Shown here: positions 10,326 to 22,039 of the stretch, one piece after another | How the letters are laid out: every line of letters starts with the position of its first letter | How positions within the stretch are numbered: the stretch's first letter is position 1 | DNA from: Diplonema japonicum | Lineage: Eukaryota; Protista; Euglenozoa: Diplonemea | Length of the DNA stretch: 64,000 nt | Assembly: GCA_964019335.1 (NCBI GenBank) | Contig: OZ025732.1 | Span: 248,001-312,000, forward strand | Direction: 5' to 3' | Program-made: the position numbers and the translations under genes | The notes under the pieces: model-generated | Databases searched by the model: none | Told to the model about the DNA's origin: nothing | The model's input: only the letters and a program-made list of their open reading frames with translations

Positions 10326-11200
10326 TTTTTCTCGCTCAAATGTGCAGGAAACGAGTCTTCTGGCTTTGCGTATAAGCTCACCCGGCTGTGCACACATCAA
10401 CGGTCAGCAGCCGGCTCTTTTTTCCTTTCCTGTTATCCGTGGAAGGAAGAGCATATCGCAGGAGGTGCGGGGCGCCACCAGCACTGGCGTCTTCATCTCT
10501 GTTGCCACCCCCCCCCCCCCCCCCCCGGGAGTACTTTTAATTCTCTTTTCTAGCTTCAAAGATACCATTTTTTATATTTTTGTTCGTCGGTATCACTTCC
10601 CTTGATGCACGCGTTTGCTGCCGAATGCGCGCTAAATTTTCATAATTATATAACAGTCGATCGGAAACAGAAGAACGTATACCAAGCGGTCGCCGCCGTC
10701 TCGTTCTCTTAGAGTCCTTGCTTTAGCGCAGTTTTCCTCGGTGATACCTAGGCAGTTCTTGCTATACCTAGGCAGGGAAAAGTGCTGAGCAGGTTTGGGG
10801 ATGAAGATGAGCCTCGTTGTCACCGACTCCACAAACCGCGTCAGGGACATCGGTGATGGTGTTCTTCGTAATAGTCTTTTCCTGCCTTGCACCCTGGGGT
10901 CTCTCGATTTGTAGTTGGAGGTCAACACCGGTTTTTGATATTTTCCCCCCTCTTGACGTCAGCCTGTACCCTTCTTCGCCTTCTTCAACAGGAACACTCC
11001 CCCAGGACCACTCCTGCTTCACTTTCTCCCTCGGCTTGCCGCCGTATGGCTATATGAGGGGCAGGTGGTGTCGTTTGGTAGCCCCCCCCCCCCCTCAACC
11101 TTCTTTTATTCTCTGTCCTCTCTTTTAATATCAGTACGCACAACCTTGTATCAGCAAACAACATAGGATATTGAAGAAGAACAAGAAGAGGGACATAGCC

Positions 11201-12424
11201 ATGAAAGGAAGCGAAGGACCATCGGCAGTGACGCTGCAGGCGAGGCTCCCCACCTCTGAGACCATCAGCATTGAGGCAGTGGCTTCGGAGGAGATGAAGA
11301 AGGTGAAGGAGAGGATTGCATCGACGGGAGGGTTGGATGTGGACTTCTTCACCCTCACCTTCGATGGGGTGGTGGTGGCGGCGGCTGCTGACGACGGCGG
11401 TGGACAGCTCGTCGGAGATCTTCCTTTTGAGGATGGAAGCATGATTGAAGTGGTGGTGTGCAAGAGGCAGGCGGCTCTGTTGAAACTCTCTGGGATGGGG
11501 ATTGAAGTGAAAGGAAGGGATTTGTACGGAGCCTTCCGTGGTAAGGCATATTTCAAGAACGGAGGGGACGAGAAGATGTGCGAGGTTTTGAACCTTCTCC
11601 TGGATGCTGGGGTGAGTGGTGGGGAGGAGGAGGCCCTTCACTTTGCAGCTTACTGCAATCTTCCTTCTTGTGTGGAGGTCCTCTTGATTCGCACTTCTGT
11701 GGACGTGAATTCAGAAGTGTCTCTTCCTGACGATTGGGATGATTCGTACATTTCAGCACTTCACCGGACCACTTCTGGGGAGGTGGCGGCTGTTCTCTTG
11801 AGACACAATGCAGATGTAGACGCAAGAGACAGTGATGGTTTTCCTGTCATTCACAGGGCAGCATGTGAGAAGCATGCTGAGAGCAAGCTTGCTGTACTTC
11901 TGGAACACAATGCAGATGTGAATGCGAGAAACAAGGCGGGAGGGACGGCTCTTCATGGCCTCTCTGTCGACCCCTCTGCTGTACACCTGCTTCTTGAACA
12001 CAAGGCAGACATCGAGGCAAAGGACAACGAGGGAAGAACACCCCTTTTCTTTGCTACTAAAATAGAGGCAGTGGAAGCACTTCTTGAGCACAATGCTGAT
12101 GTGAACGCAAGGGACAATAGAGGGAACACGCGTCTGCACTGCGCTGTTAGATGCACCAATGTGCGTATTTTTCGTTGGCTTGATATTCTGCCTGTTCTGC
12201 TGAGACACAATGCAGATGTGATGGCAAGGAACGATGAAGGGAAGACGGCTCTCGATCTTGTCCCCTCTGATGATGAGGACATTACCAAAGCGATGCGATA
12301 CCTGTTGGAGGACCCGAGTCTCGCTCATGATCTGGAGCTGTTCGAAAGTGGGAGGGAGCTGAGCGACGTCAGCAGGCTTTCTGTTGTTCAACTGATTTCA
12401 AGGTGTATTAACATGAGTTGGTGA
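11201..12424 (+). CDS. Ubiquitin-like domain + ankyrin repeat protein
   Basis: Intact ORF from ATG 11201: UBL followed by about 7 ankyrin repeats (G.TALH, GRTPL, HNADVNARD). Confidence 0.85.
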   Translation: MKGSEGPSAVTLQARLPTSETISIEAVASEEMKKVKERIASTGGLDVDFFTLTFDGVVVAAAADDGGGQLVGDLPFEDGSMIEVVVCKRQAALLKLSGMGIEVKGRDLYGAFRGKAYFKNGGDEKMCEVLNLLLDAGVSGGEEEALHFAAYCNLPSCVEVLLIRTSVDVNSEVSLPDDWDDSYISALHRTTSGEVAAVLLRHNADVDARDSDGFPVIHRAACEKHAESKLAVLLEHNADVNARNKAGGTALHGLSVDPSAVHLLLEHKADIEAKDNEGRTPLFFATKIEAVEALLEHNADVNARDNRGNTRLHCAVRCTNVRIFRWLDILPVLLRHNADVMARNDEGKTALDLVPSDDEDITKAMRYLLEDPSLAHDLELFESGRELSDVSRLSVVQLISRCINMSW

Positions 12425-13005
12425 TTGCTATCAAGCGGATATGACGGCAATCAGTGTGGCGCTCGCGAAGCTGGTGAAAGAAGACACACGAGAACAGCAG
12501 ATCAACCTCCTGACCGACTCGATGGCAAGCCTGCTGAAACTGAAACATCCACACGCTGGAGCACATCCTCATCAAAGACCCGAAGAGGGCAATCAAGTTC
12601 CTCGAGGACACCGAAGAGACCTACAAGCCCACCGGCAAGCCCCCCGACGAACCCACCGACTAACCCCCACCGACTAGCCGTCTACCTAGCAAGCTAATCA
12701 AAAGGCAGCAGGAAGAAAACAAATCAAGTGTAAGCAAATAGGAAGAAAAAAAAAAAGGAAAGAAAGAAAAAAATAACATAAACCCCAACAACCCTCTTCC
12801 CCCATGAGCATCAACAAAAAAAAAAAAAAAAAGAAAAAAAGAAAAGCCATTAGCCAACAGTGGAAAGAGAATACCCATGTCACAAAGGTGCTAGAACAAT
12901 AACACAGGCCGACACGAAAGCACGAACGTCTCAACACACTTCCGTTGGCTCACAGCCCAGCTGGGTGGGGTCGGTCTGGCTAGACCAAGAGGAGGTGGAA
13001 TTTAA
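12425..13005 (+). mobile_element. 3' fragment of a second ingi-like LINE (RNase H relic + 3' UTR)
   Basis: MTAISVALAKLVKEDT..QINLLTDS is homologous to 24220-24305. The 3' UTR is shared with 29974-30291 and ~15520-15640. Its poly(A) resumes at 14895 after the piggyBac insertion. Confidence 0.75.
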
Positions 13006-14892
13006 CCATCTACCAACGGACCATTTTTGCCCACCAGGGGGTAATTTTCAAAACTTCAAAAAAAGCTATTCCAGCGCAACGCCGGGGCTATATGCCCCCG
13101 GAAATGCCTCCAGATGTCCCAATTCTAGAGAGAGGGTGCCCACAGCAGGGTCCACCCCCACAACATTGTCAAAAATATCGTTCCTGAAGTGCCCGAGAGG
13201 GGATACAAAAAACAAGTCAAAAAAATCGACTGTAAAATTCTATAAAAAGCTATTTAAGGCCTTCTTGACGCGGTTCGTATGTGCCCCAGGGCTGGGGAAC
13301 TTCTTTTTTGACCCCGGGAGGGGTTTCTGGGGGGTATCCCCGGCAAGGTGGTAGTCTTTGAAGCACGGAGTCACGCAAAGTTGTACCAAGCAGGCTGAAC
13401 ACTGAAATAGGGGTCTTTTCGACTTGCAATGCTTGCACCGCACGTTGCACTACTTTTTCGGGGAAATGGTCCCAGAAGGTACTGTCACGGCGCATTGGGG
13501 TCTCAGAGCACTCGTTCTGTGTTTCGGGGCATGGTATTGGGGCAGCCTCGTCGAATGCGCGCTATATTTTATATTTTATAAGTACATATAACAATCGATT
13601 GAAAGAAGAAGAACGTTTACCAAGGTATTGGGGCAGCCTGCTCTGTAGTTGACTTTATCTGTTGTTTAGACTGCCTCCCTAGTAGCCCTTCGATGACTGC
13701 CTCTTTGAAGGGCGTAAATCCACTGTCGTTCGTACTCAGGGCGTTGGGGGGCAAGGCTTCTTTCAAACAAGCCAAGCATTCGCCAGAGATTTACCTAACA
13801 AGTACAAAAATACTTTTAGGGGCCACTTTTAAGTCATAAGGGAGCGTTTATGGCGTTTTGTCACAGCATCACCCAGCGTCGGTTCCGCCCATTGCGGTGT
13901 TGTAAATATGCACTTGGTGGGGGGCGGGATGTCCTTTCCGGCTTTCATTCTCTTTTGGCGGACACGTCAAATTCGACTTCACCGGAACATCCAACGTCGA
14001 TAGAAAGCACGCTGGCATGATGTCATGCCACGTTGTGGTGCAAAGGATGCTCGCGTGCTGGTGGAACTGGGTGTCCCCACGGGATGCGCGTCCTTGGCAT
14101 GCGGCCTCGCTTCTTTGGGGCATCCATGATCTCCGGGAGGCCTTTGCGATAAGTAGAAGTCAGCACGCTTGTTTGTTTCGCTGTGGAAACACAGATTTCC
14201 CAGAATAGTCAAAAAGCGGTCTCTTGACATGACGGTGGCGTACCCAGGGGTGTAGTTGAGAGACGTGGAGCCAGTGTGCCAGTAATCAGAATAATCTGGC
14301 TTGATATCCAAGTCCATCGACAAAAGGACACCTAGGAAGGTATGCAGAGAAGCAGCATCGAGATCCAGGGAGACACCTTTTTTAGCCGCATTTGCCACAT
14401 TGTTCGAAGTTATGACCCGAATAACGTTTGGGACGAGCATTTGGAGAATATATGGTATGGCATTGAGCCTTTGATGTCAAAACAGGGTCCACAAGGATTT
14501 CGATCTTCACGAAACCGGATGCCTTCCAACTGCTCCGGCTTTGCCGTCCAATCACCCTGCTGTGACTCGGAATCGGTCGAATTCGTATCAGAATCACTGT
14601 TTGTATCAAAATTGCATAATAGGGATGAGCCATCAGTGCTGCCATCACTCATAACGTCCTCTTCCAGCCTCTTTCCGGGCGCCTTTTTTTGAAGTGATTT
14701 TTAAGGGTAAATTTGGGCTGGCGTTTTTTTTCATTTTCTTGTTAAGCTAGGGCAGCATTTAGTTTATTTTTTTCATATTTTCCGCGCAGGACCCCGCCGG
14801 CAAGAAAGGGCCGGGCCGTATTGCATTGAAAGCCCTTTGCGTAAAAGATTTTTTTTCAAATCGTCTATATATAGACGCTCGTTGATAAATGG
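13006..14892 (-). mobile_element. Defective piggyBac transposon (family 1)
   Basis: TTAA at 13002-13005 and 14893-14896. TIRs CCATCTACCAACG / CCATTTATCAACG (11/13). Minus-strand transposase relics: MSRDRF, YNTAMGGTD and the Cys-rich CKHC..CSAC...LC...CFKDYH. Confidence 0.9.
13549..13623 (+). mobile_element. 75-bp terminal fragment of family A with a 16-bp TSD
   Basis: Identical to 23480-23554. Flanked by GGTATTGGGGCAGCCT at 13533-13548 and 13624-13639. Confidence 0.9.
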
Positions 14893-16047
14893 TTAAAAGA
14901 AAAAAAAAAAAACAGGGCTTGTTTCGTCATCGTAAGAGGCCACTGACAAGCCTACCGACTAACCCCCACCGACTAGCCGTTTTCAACAGTACCCCCTCAT
15001 CCTGCTTTTTTTGTAGCTTTTTACTTGTTATCTTTCTACATTCTACATCCACCCACGGGGATGGCGGACGGACGCAGTGGCACACATCCCACCGACGGAG
15101 GAGGAGGTGGACGAAGAAGATTCCCGAGACGACTCAGAAGACGAAGAAGAAAGAGAGGCGGGAGGAGAAGGGGAAGTCGCGGAGCTGGAGCGCATGCTGC
15201 TGGCGGAGCAGAGGCAGCAGGACGAACCCGCAACGGCACGCTGTCCATTCCTTCAATATACAATTGAGGTACCCCCCCTCCCCACATAATCTTACTTCTT
15301 CAGGTTTCCCCAGTGTTTTGTTATTTTCCAAAGAAAGGGATAGAATGCACAATCATGAGCCTCGCATTCACGTGCATCACCGGCCAGTTCATCTTTTCCC
15401 TTCTTTATCTTAGTGATAAGTATTTTTTTCTCTTAGAACCTCGCGTTTTGTTTTACCACGTCTTCATATTCTAAAATATAAAAAGGATAGAAAACACAAA
15501 CATGCACAGAAAGGCGCTGGAACAATTGCTCAGGTTGACACGAAAGCATGAACGTCTCAACACACTTCCGTTGGTTCTACTCAGCCCAGCTGGGTGGGGT
15601 CGGTCTGGCTAGACCAAGAGAAGGTGTAATTTAAAGAAAAGGAAGAAGAATGACTTTGGTTGCTTATAAGCCGCCTGGCGTACAAGCAACTGCAGGCACA
15701 GTCTACTTGATTACAGGGGGTGCATCTCAACAGCAGTAGGTTCTTTTGCGTTCTGCATTGTGTCTGTCCTTAATGCGTGCGGTGTGCAACTCAACCCTAG
15801 CCGGGCCCCCGGGTAACCAAGATTCTGCGAGGTTCTGTACTCGTGCAGTTTGCTGCCTGTTCGTCACCCTGAGCATCTGCGCTGCCCGCTGGCGCTACCG
15901 GTGATGAACCGACGAGGAGGCCAACAGCGAACAACACATCTGATGTACTTTTTATATTTCCATGTTATCCCCATCACCGGGAAAGAAGAAGCACCCCCCC
16001 CTCCCTCCACATGATCTTACTTCTTCCCCAGTATTTAGAGCATTAAC

Positions 16048-17418
16048 ATGAGCCTCGCAGTGTTGATCAGGACTGTCGACGAGGATGTGGTGCACGAGGT
16101 GGAGCTGTCTGGGTTTGACAGGGTGAAGGACCTGTACAGGAAGGCGGCAGAGGCTTCTGCGGTGGAGGAGGGGATGTTCCTCTTGCACTTCGAAGGTGTT
16201 GTCTTGGATAATGATGGGACATCTGGCGGTGGTGGGGAGGAGCAGGAGATACAGCAGCTTGGGATAGGACAGGGGAGCGAGCTCCTCTTGTGCGGTATTC
16301 ATAGAAGAACACTTGATGTCAGTCATGTGGAACTCTCGAGTCGAAAGAAGGAGAATGCAATGCGTCTTGAGGAGAATCCTGAGCTTCTTCTTTCGGTGGA
16401 TGTCACCGGTCTGGACTGTCTTGATGGCAGGCTCACAAGTAAGCTTCCCTCAAATCTTCGGCACCTCAAGGTGTGGTCCCTGGGCGACGGTGCGACCTCT
16501 ATTGGGGACTCCTTTTTGTCTCGCTCCTCACTCGTCACCTTGGACCTGACGGCCTTGCAGGGTGTTCAGTCCGTTGAGCACTATTTCCTCCGCGAGTGCA
16601 AATCCCTCACTACTGTGGATCTGTGTTCCCTCCGGAACCTCACAACTGTCGGAGATTGCTTCCTCACAGGCTGTTCTTCATTGACTTCTATTGATCTGAG
16701 TCCTTTGCAGGGTGTAAAGTCCGTTGGGCACTGTTTCCTCCACGGGTGTAAATCCCTCACTACTGTGGATCTGTGTTCCCTCCGGAACCTCACAACTGTT
16801 GGAGATTGCTTCCTCGGTGGCTGTTCTTCATTGACTTCTGTTGATTTGAGTCCTTTGCAGAATGTTCAGTCCATTGGGAGCGAGTTTCTCTCGTTTTGCT
16901 ACTCTCTGAAGACTGTTGATCTGAGCCCCCTTCGCAATGTCACCACCGTCGGCTCCTCTTTTCTCAGTAACCTCAGATTATTGACTTCTGTTGATCTGAG
17001 TCCTTTGCAGAATGTGACCAAGATGAACCACTGTTTATTCATGTCTGGTTGTGCTTTTTTAAGATCTATCGATCTGAGCCCCCTGCACAACACCTTTACT
17101 TCTAGATCCCGGGTGGTCTATTTTCTCAGGGGATGCAAAGCTCTAACGACTGTGGATCTGGGTCCTTTGTGGAACGTTCAGTCAGTTGGCGATGAATTTC
17201 TTTCCGACTGCGAGTCTCTGGAAACAATTGATCTGAGCCCCCTTCGTAATGTCACCACCGTTGGCAGGTTGTTTCTTTCAGGGGCCCCAGTGGAACACAG
17301 AGAGGATGTTGTGGAGTTCCGACAAACAAGACTAACAAGGACAAAGCCAACAAAGTTCGTGGGCCCTCCTGTGAAACAAGCAACCTGTAAAAGTAAAGAG
17401 TGTTGCATCATTTCCTGA
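16048..17418 (+). CDS. Ubiquitin-like + leucine-rich repeat protein with C-terminal CaaX
   Basis: N-terminal UBL, about 10 25-aa repeats (SLTSVDLSPLQNV..IG..FL..C), and a CCIIS C-terminus. Confidence 0.85.
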   Translation: MSLAVLIRTVDEDVVHEVELSGFDRVKDLYRKAAEASAVEEGMFLLHFEGVVLDNDGTSGGGGEEQEIQQLGIGQGSELLLCGIHRRTLDVSHVELSSRKKENAMRLEENPELLLSVDVTGLDCLDGRLTSKLPSNLRHLKVWSLGDGATSIGDSFLSRSSLVTLDLTALQGVQSVEHYFLRECKSLTTVDLCSLRNLTTVGDCFLTGCSSLTSIDLSPLQGVKSVGHCFLHGCKSLTTVDLCSLRNLTTVGDCFLGGCSSLTSVDLSPLQNVQSIGSEFLSFCYSLKTVDLSPLRNVTTVGSSFLSNLRLLTSVDLSPLQNVTKMNHCLFMSGCAFLRSIDLSPLHNTFTSRSRVVYFLRGCKALTTVDLGPLWNVQSVGDEFLSDCESLETIDLSPLRNVTTVGRLFLSGAPVEHREDVVEFRQTRLTRTKPTKFVGPPVKQATCKSKECCIIS

Positions 17419-17955
17419 TGACTTTCACGGGGCAAAGCAGGGCATCCTGGGCAACCACCACCCTCCCTACACCCGCTTACATCTAATAGAGTAAAGGTCC
17501 CTCTTTCTTCTTCTTCCTTTCTTCTTTCTTTTTCCGCTCATGCATAAACAAATGCAATTTAAAAAAAGAGAAAATGCGCCAAACTAGTTATCTTGTTACT
17601 AGTATCGTTGTTTGTTCCCCCCCTTTTTTTTTTCTTTGGGAGGCTTCAGAAGAAGGTGAAAGGAAGGAGGGCCTTCCCTGCTGAACCACGCAAGAGAGTA
17701 CTACGCTGCGATCAATCGGAGGGACGAAGGCGGTGATCGAGTAGAGTAGAAGGGCAATCATTACGACCAAGAACGATCTAGAAGAGTTGGGGAAGCAATG
17801 GACAAGGGAAAGCTGGGGAGGAGGCCGGCACGACCACCGAAGGAGAAACCGCTGCTGAAATGGGATAGGTGCAAGTAGTGGATGAGAACAAAGGGGCGTC
17901 TCACAAAGACTTCCTTTAACTCTCTTTATCTGGATCAAGACAGTCAAGAAGGGCC

Positions 17956-18089
17956 GCGTGTCAAAGCTACGAAAAGCTTTAAAGGCGACAATAGGAACGA
18001 GGGCTATGCTCCAGAAGGGGAACATTAATAGATAGGAACTCACACCACAAGAGGCTGTCCTCCAGTGGGATTGTCTTTTACTATGAGTT
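17956..18089. repeat. Family D repeat, copy 2
   Basis: Near-identical to 452-585. Confidence 0.85.
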
Positions 18090-18640
18090 TTTCTTTTTAT
18101 TCTCTCATTTCTTTCCCCCCCGTTTTTCTCATTCGTCCATCCCCCCGTTCAGCTTCCCTTCCTGTTTTTAACTAATACTTCTTTCTTATTCTCTTTCCTT
18201 GCAATACCATTCAGTTCAGATAGATCTGTGCATGTCCGTCCTTGGCACTCTCCATCAGTGTTCGGAAGGAGATCACTCTGTTCTGTGCGACCTGACTGAC
18301 GGGTTCGGTGTCGCCTTCATCGTCGTCAGATTTAATTTTGGCCTAATTTTCGCCCCTTTGACCCCTCCCCCTCCCTTAGGGCTATGTTGGCAAGGAAACG
18401 CGTTTCCAAGCTTTTTTTTGAAAAAGAGAGATAGCGGAAACGGAGACATTCCTTATCTTGGGGCTGTTTCCCTAGTATCTGAAAAATAAGGAAGCGGCAA
18501 CGGAAACAGAAACGGAAGCGTTTCCCGGTTTCTCCCATTCTCATTGTTGAGGGGGCAGCATGCAGATATAGTAGGATATTACAATAAGGAAAGAGAGCAA
18601 ACTAAATCAGCTTTCTATGCCACAGGAGTGAAAGGAGACC

Positions 18641-19056
18641 ATGAAAGGAAGCGAAGGACCATCGGCAGTGACGCTGCAGGCGAGGCTCCCCACCTCTGAG
18701 ACCATCGTCATTGAGGCAGTGGCTTCGGAGGAGATGAAGAAGGTGAAGGAGAGGATCGCATCGATGGGAGGGTTGGATGTGGACTTCTTCACCCTCACCT
18801 TCAATGGGGAGGTGGTGGCGGCGGCTGCTGACGACGGCGGTGGACAGCTCGTCGGAGATCTTCCTTTTGAGGATGGAAGCATGCTTGAAGTGGTGGTGTG
18901 CAAGAGGCAGGCGGCTCTGTTGAAACTTTCTGAGATAGAGGTCAGTGTAAAAGAAAAGACTCCTTCAGAAGGGGACTTGTTAGATATAATGAGGAAGGGG
19001 GACATATGGGCGGACGAAAAGATCTGCGAGGCTGTAAACCTTCTACTGGATGCTGG
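18641..19056 (+). pseudogene. UBL-ankyrin paralogue interrupted by a LINE
   Basis: Matches paralogues up to ...LLLDAG (GGATGCTGG) and then switches abruptly to LINE sequence. Confidence 0.85.
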
Positions 19057-22039
19057 ACTTCACCGGGCCAGAGTTACTCCCGGACATAAAGGTCTACGAC
19101 CCATGGGAGATCGAAGCTCGGAAGAAGAAGAAGAAGACGAAAAGTCTGAAGGGACTGTCGCGGTACACAGCCGCAGAATTTCTCCACCATTATGGTGTGC
19201 AGAAGGGTTGGAGCAAATACCAACTCGCCCTGAAGGACCGACAGGCGCACAGGGAAAAGGTGGAAGAGAGAAGAAGGAAGAAGGAGCAGGAAGTCCCGGA
19301 CAGCGTACGACAAGAACTGGAACAAGTAAAGATCCAATGCATGCAGCTACAACAGCAACAACAACAGCAACACCAGCACATGCAGCACACCCCAGCACAA
19401 GCCGCAGACACAACTGCAGCCATCGAGCAGATGAAAGCCGAGCTGACGAGACAACAGAAGGCGACGGATCTAACCGGAGTGCTGCAGGAAATTGCAACGT
19501 TGAAGGCACAGCAACAACAGCAAACACATCAACAAGCCCAACAACAAAAGCAAACGCAGGACCATGACCAAAAGCTGCAGAACATGACAGGATTACTGCA
19601 GGAGGTGGCACAGATTAAGACTGCCCAGACAGAACAAAGCGCACTTTTAGAAAAACAACAACACCACCACCAACAACAACTTTTGGAATGGCAGCAGAGG
19701 CAGGAAAAACAGAAGGAGGCGTGGCAACAAGAACAAGAGCAAAGACAGGGCAAACAGCAACAGCTCTGGCAAGAACAGCAAGAAGAATGGCAAGGAAGGC
19801 AACAGCAGCTCAGGCAAGAACAACAAGAGCAATGGCAAGGGTGGCAACAGCAAAACAGGAAAGAGCAGCAGGAGTGGCAGAGAGGGTTGGAGGAAAGGAT
19901 GGTGTCGATACTAACGAAAATATCAGCAACAGAACCGGCACCAGCACATACCAAAAGTCCAAACAACAACCAGCCTCAGCAGACAGTCTCAACAGACCCA
20001 ACAGCCACTCAAATTGACAAGACCCAACAGCTGCAACAGCAACAGCGACCGCCCCAAGAGCCGACACAAACAAGAAGGGAACCCGAAGAGGTACCAGGGA
20101 AGACAACCCAAAAGTTCGTACGATCACGGTCAAGCGAAAGGCCGCCACAGATGAAGAACCCCAAAGACCCCCCAACAAAAAACCACTTGTCATGCAGCGT
20201 CAAGCGCGGACAATAAGAATGAAGCATCAAGTCAAAGAACATCAACAACGTCAAAAACAACAGTCTCACAACCAAAACCATCACACACAAAAACATCGAC
20301 AACAACATTATCAATCCCCCGCCTAGCAGCACCAAGCGCAGACGAGGAGGGAACAGGGCAAAGCCCCCCACAAACAACAACACGACCGACACTCACACAA
20401 GAGCAACAGCTCCAAAGAACACCCACACCGCACACTCCATCAGAAAGATGGAACCCGCCTACGCCATCATCGTATCGCAGACATGCAGAAGTGGCAGCCT
20501 TGATAACAGGGTACGGTGAAGAGGAAAGCGAAGAGGAGGAGTACGCAGTAGTGTTCGAGGAGTCGGAAAAAGAGAGGAAGAAAAGAGAACGAGCAGAGAA
20601 GGTAGCGCTGGTTGCACTGGGAAACAAAAAGGCGCAGGAGCAGCCGATAACGATTGTCGAAGAGGACGCACAGACACTGAAGGTGGTGACATTCAACTGC
20701 AACAGAGGCTGGGGGTCAAGCAGGGAAAGCATCAAACAAGGCCTGAAGAAACACCAGATCGATGTATTATGCCTGCAAGAGGTGAACATGAAGAGGACAA
20801 TTGAAATAGGAGGCTACAACACCTTCCAACAACCCCGCACAGTTCCAAGACAAAAAGGAAAGGCTGCGGAAGGAGGCGGAGTAGCCATTTTGGTGCGGAA
20901 GGGAATACCGACAAGGCAAGGAGAGACATACAGCGGAAAGGTCACTGAAAAGATCTCCGTGCATGTCAGTCAGAAAGCAGGGCCCGAAATCCACATAGTG
21001 AACATTTACCGCCCCCCGATAGGCGGTGGTGATGATACGCGAAAGGAAGACTTCGTGGTGGGAGACCTGCAAGAAGGAGAGAACGTTCTGACAATGGGAG
21101 ACATCAACCTACACCACGAGGCGTGGAGCGCGTTCGCAACGCAGAGCGAGGGCGGCAGGAAGGTGATGACATGGGTCGCGGAAACGGAAAGGATAATTTG
21201 GAACGACCCACGCAAACCAACCTGGCAAAGAAATATACAACGCTCCAGCCCAGACATCGTGATCGGGCAGCCAAGGTGGCCGAGAAAATGGAAGCTGCTG
21301 GAAGGCTGGGTATCGGATCACCGACCAGTCATGACAGAAGTCCCATACGAGAAAACCACAGAGCAAAAAGCAGCACGAAAGGTACTACAATGGCAGTGGC
21401 GAAAAGCAGACTGGACAAAGTACACATTAGACCTTGAACACGGAGCTCCCAAGGTGGAAAGGTGCAAAGACCCCAATGAGATGCTGAAGCAACTGGGTCC
21501 GAAAGCGAAAAAAACACTCCTACATGTAATCAACCTATCATGGCAAGGAGGCTGTGTCCCACAAAGCTGGCGAGATGCACTCACAAAGCCCTTGCCCAAA
21601 CCGATGAAGGACCTCACGGACCCCAGCAGCTATCGTCCCATCGACCTCACCAGCAACCTGTGCAAGCTCGCTGAGAGGATGATAAAGGCAAGACTCAACT
21701 ACTTACTGGAAGATCCGACATCGAACGTGCACAAGCTCTGCAACACACAAGCCGGATTTCAAGCAGGCCGAACAACAATAGAACAGATTGCAGCACTCAC
21801 ACAGAGGCTTAAGGACGGTCAAAAAAAGAAGAAAGTCTCCTACACCATATTCCTCGACTTCGAAAAAGCATTCGACACGGTGCAAAAAGCAAAGCTAATG
21901 GAGAAGCTGACGGCCATGAAGTTCCCACCGCTGTACTTGAACTGGATAGGCGCCTTCCTACAGAATAGACAGGCAGCAGTAAAACTGGAAGGAGAGACAA
22001 GCGACAACCGTGAGAAGGAAGAAGGCGTACCGCAGGGAC

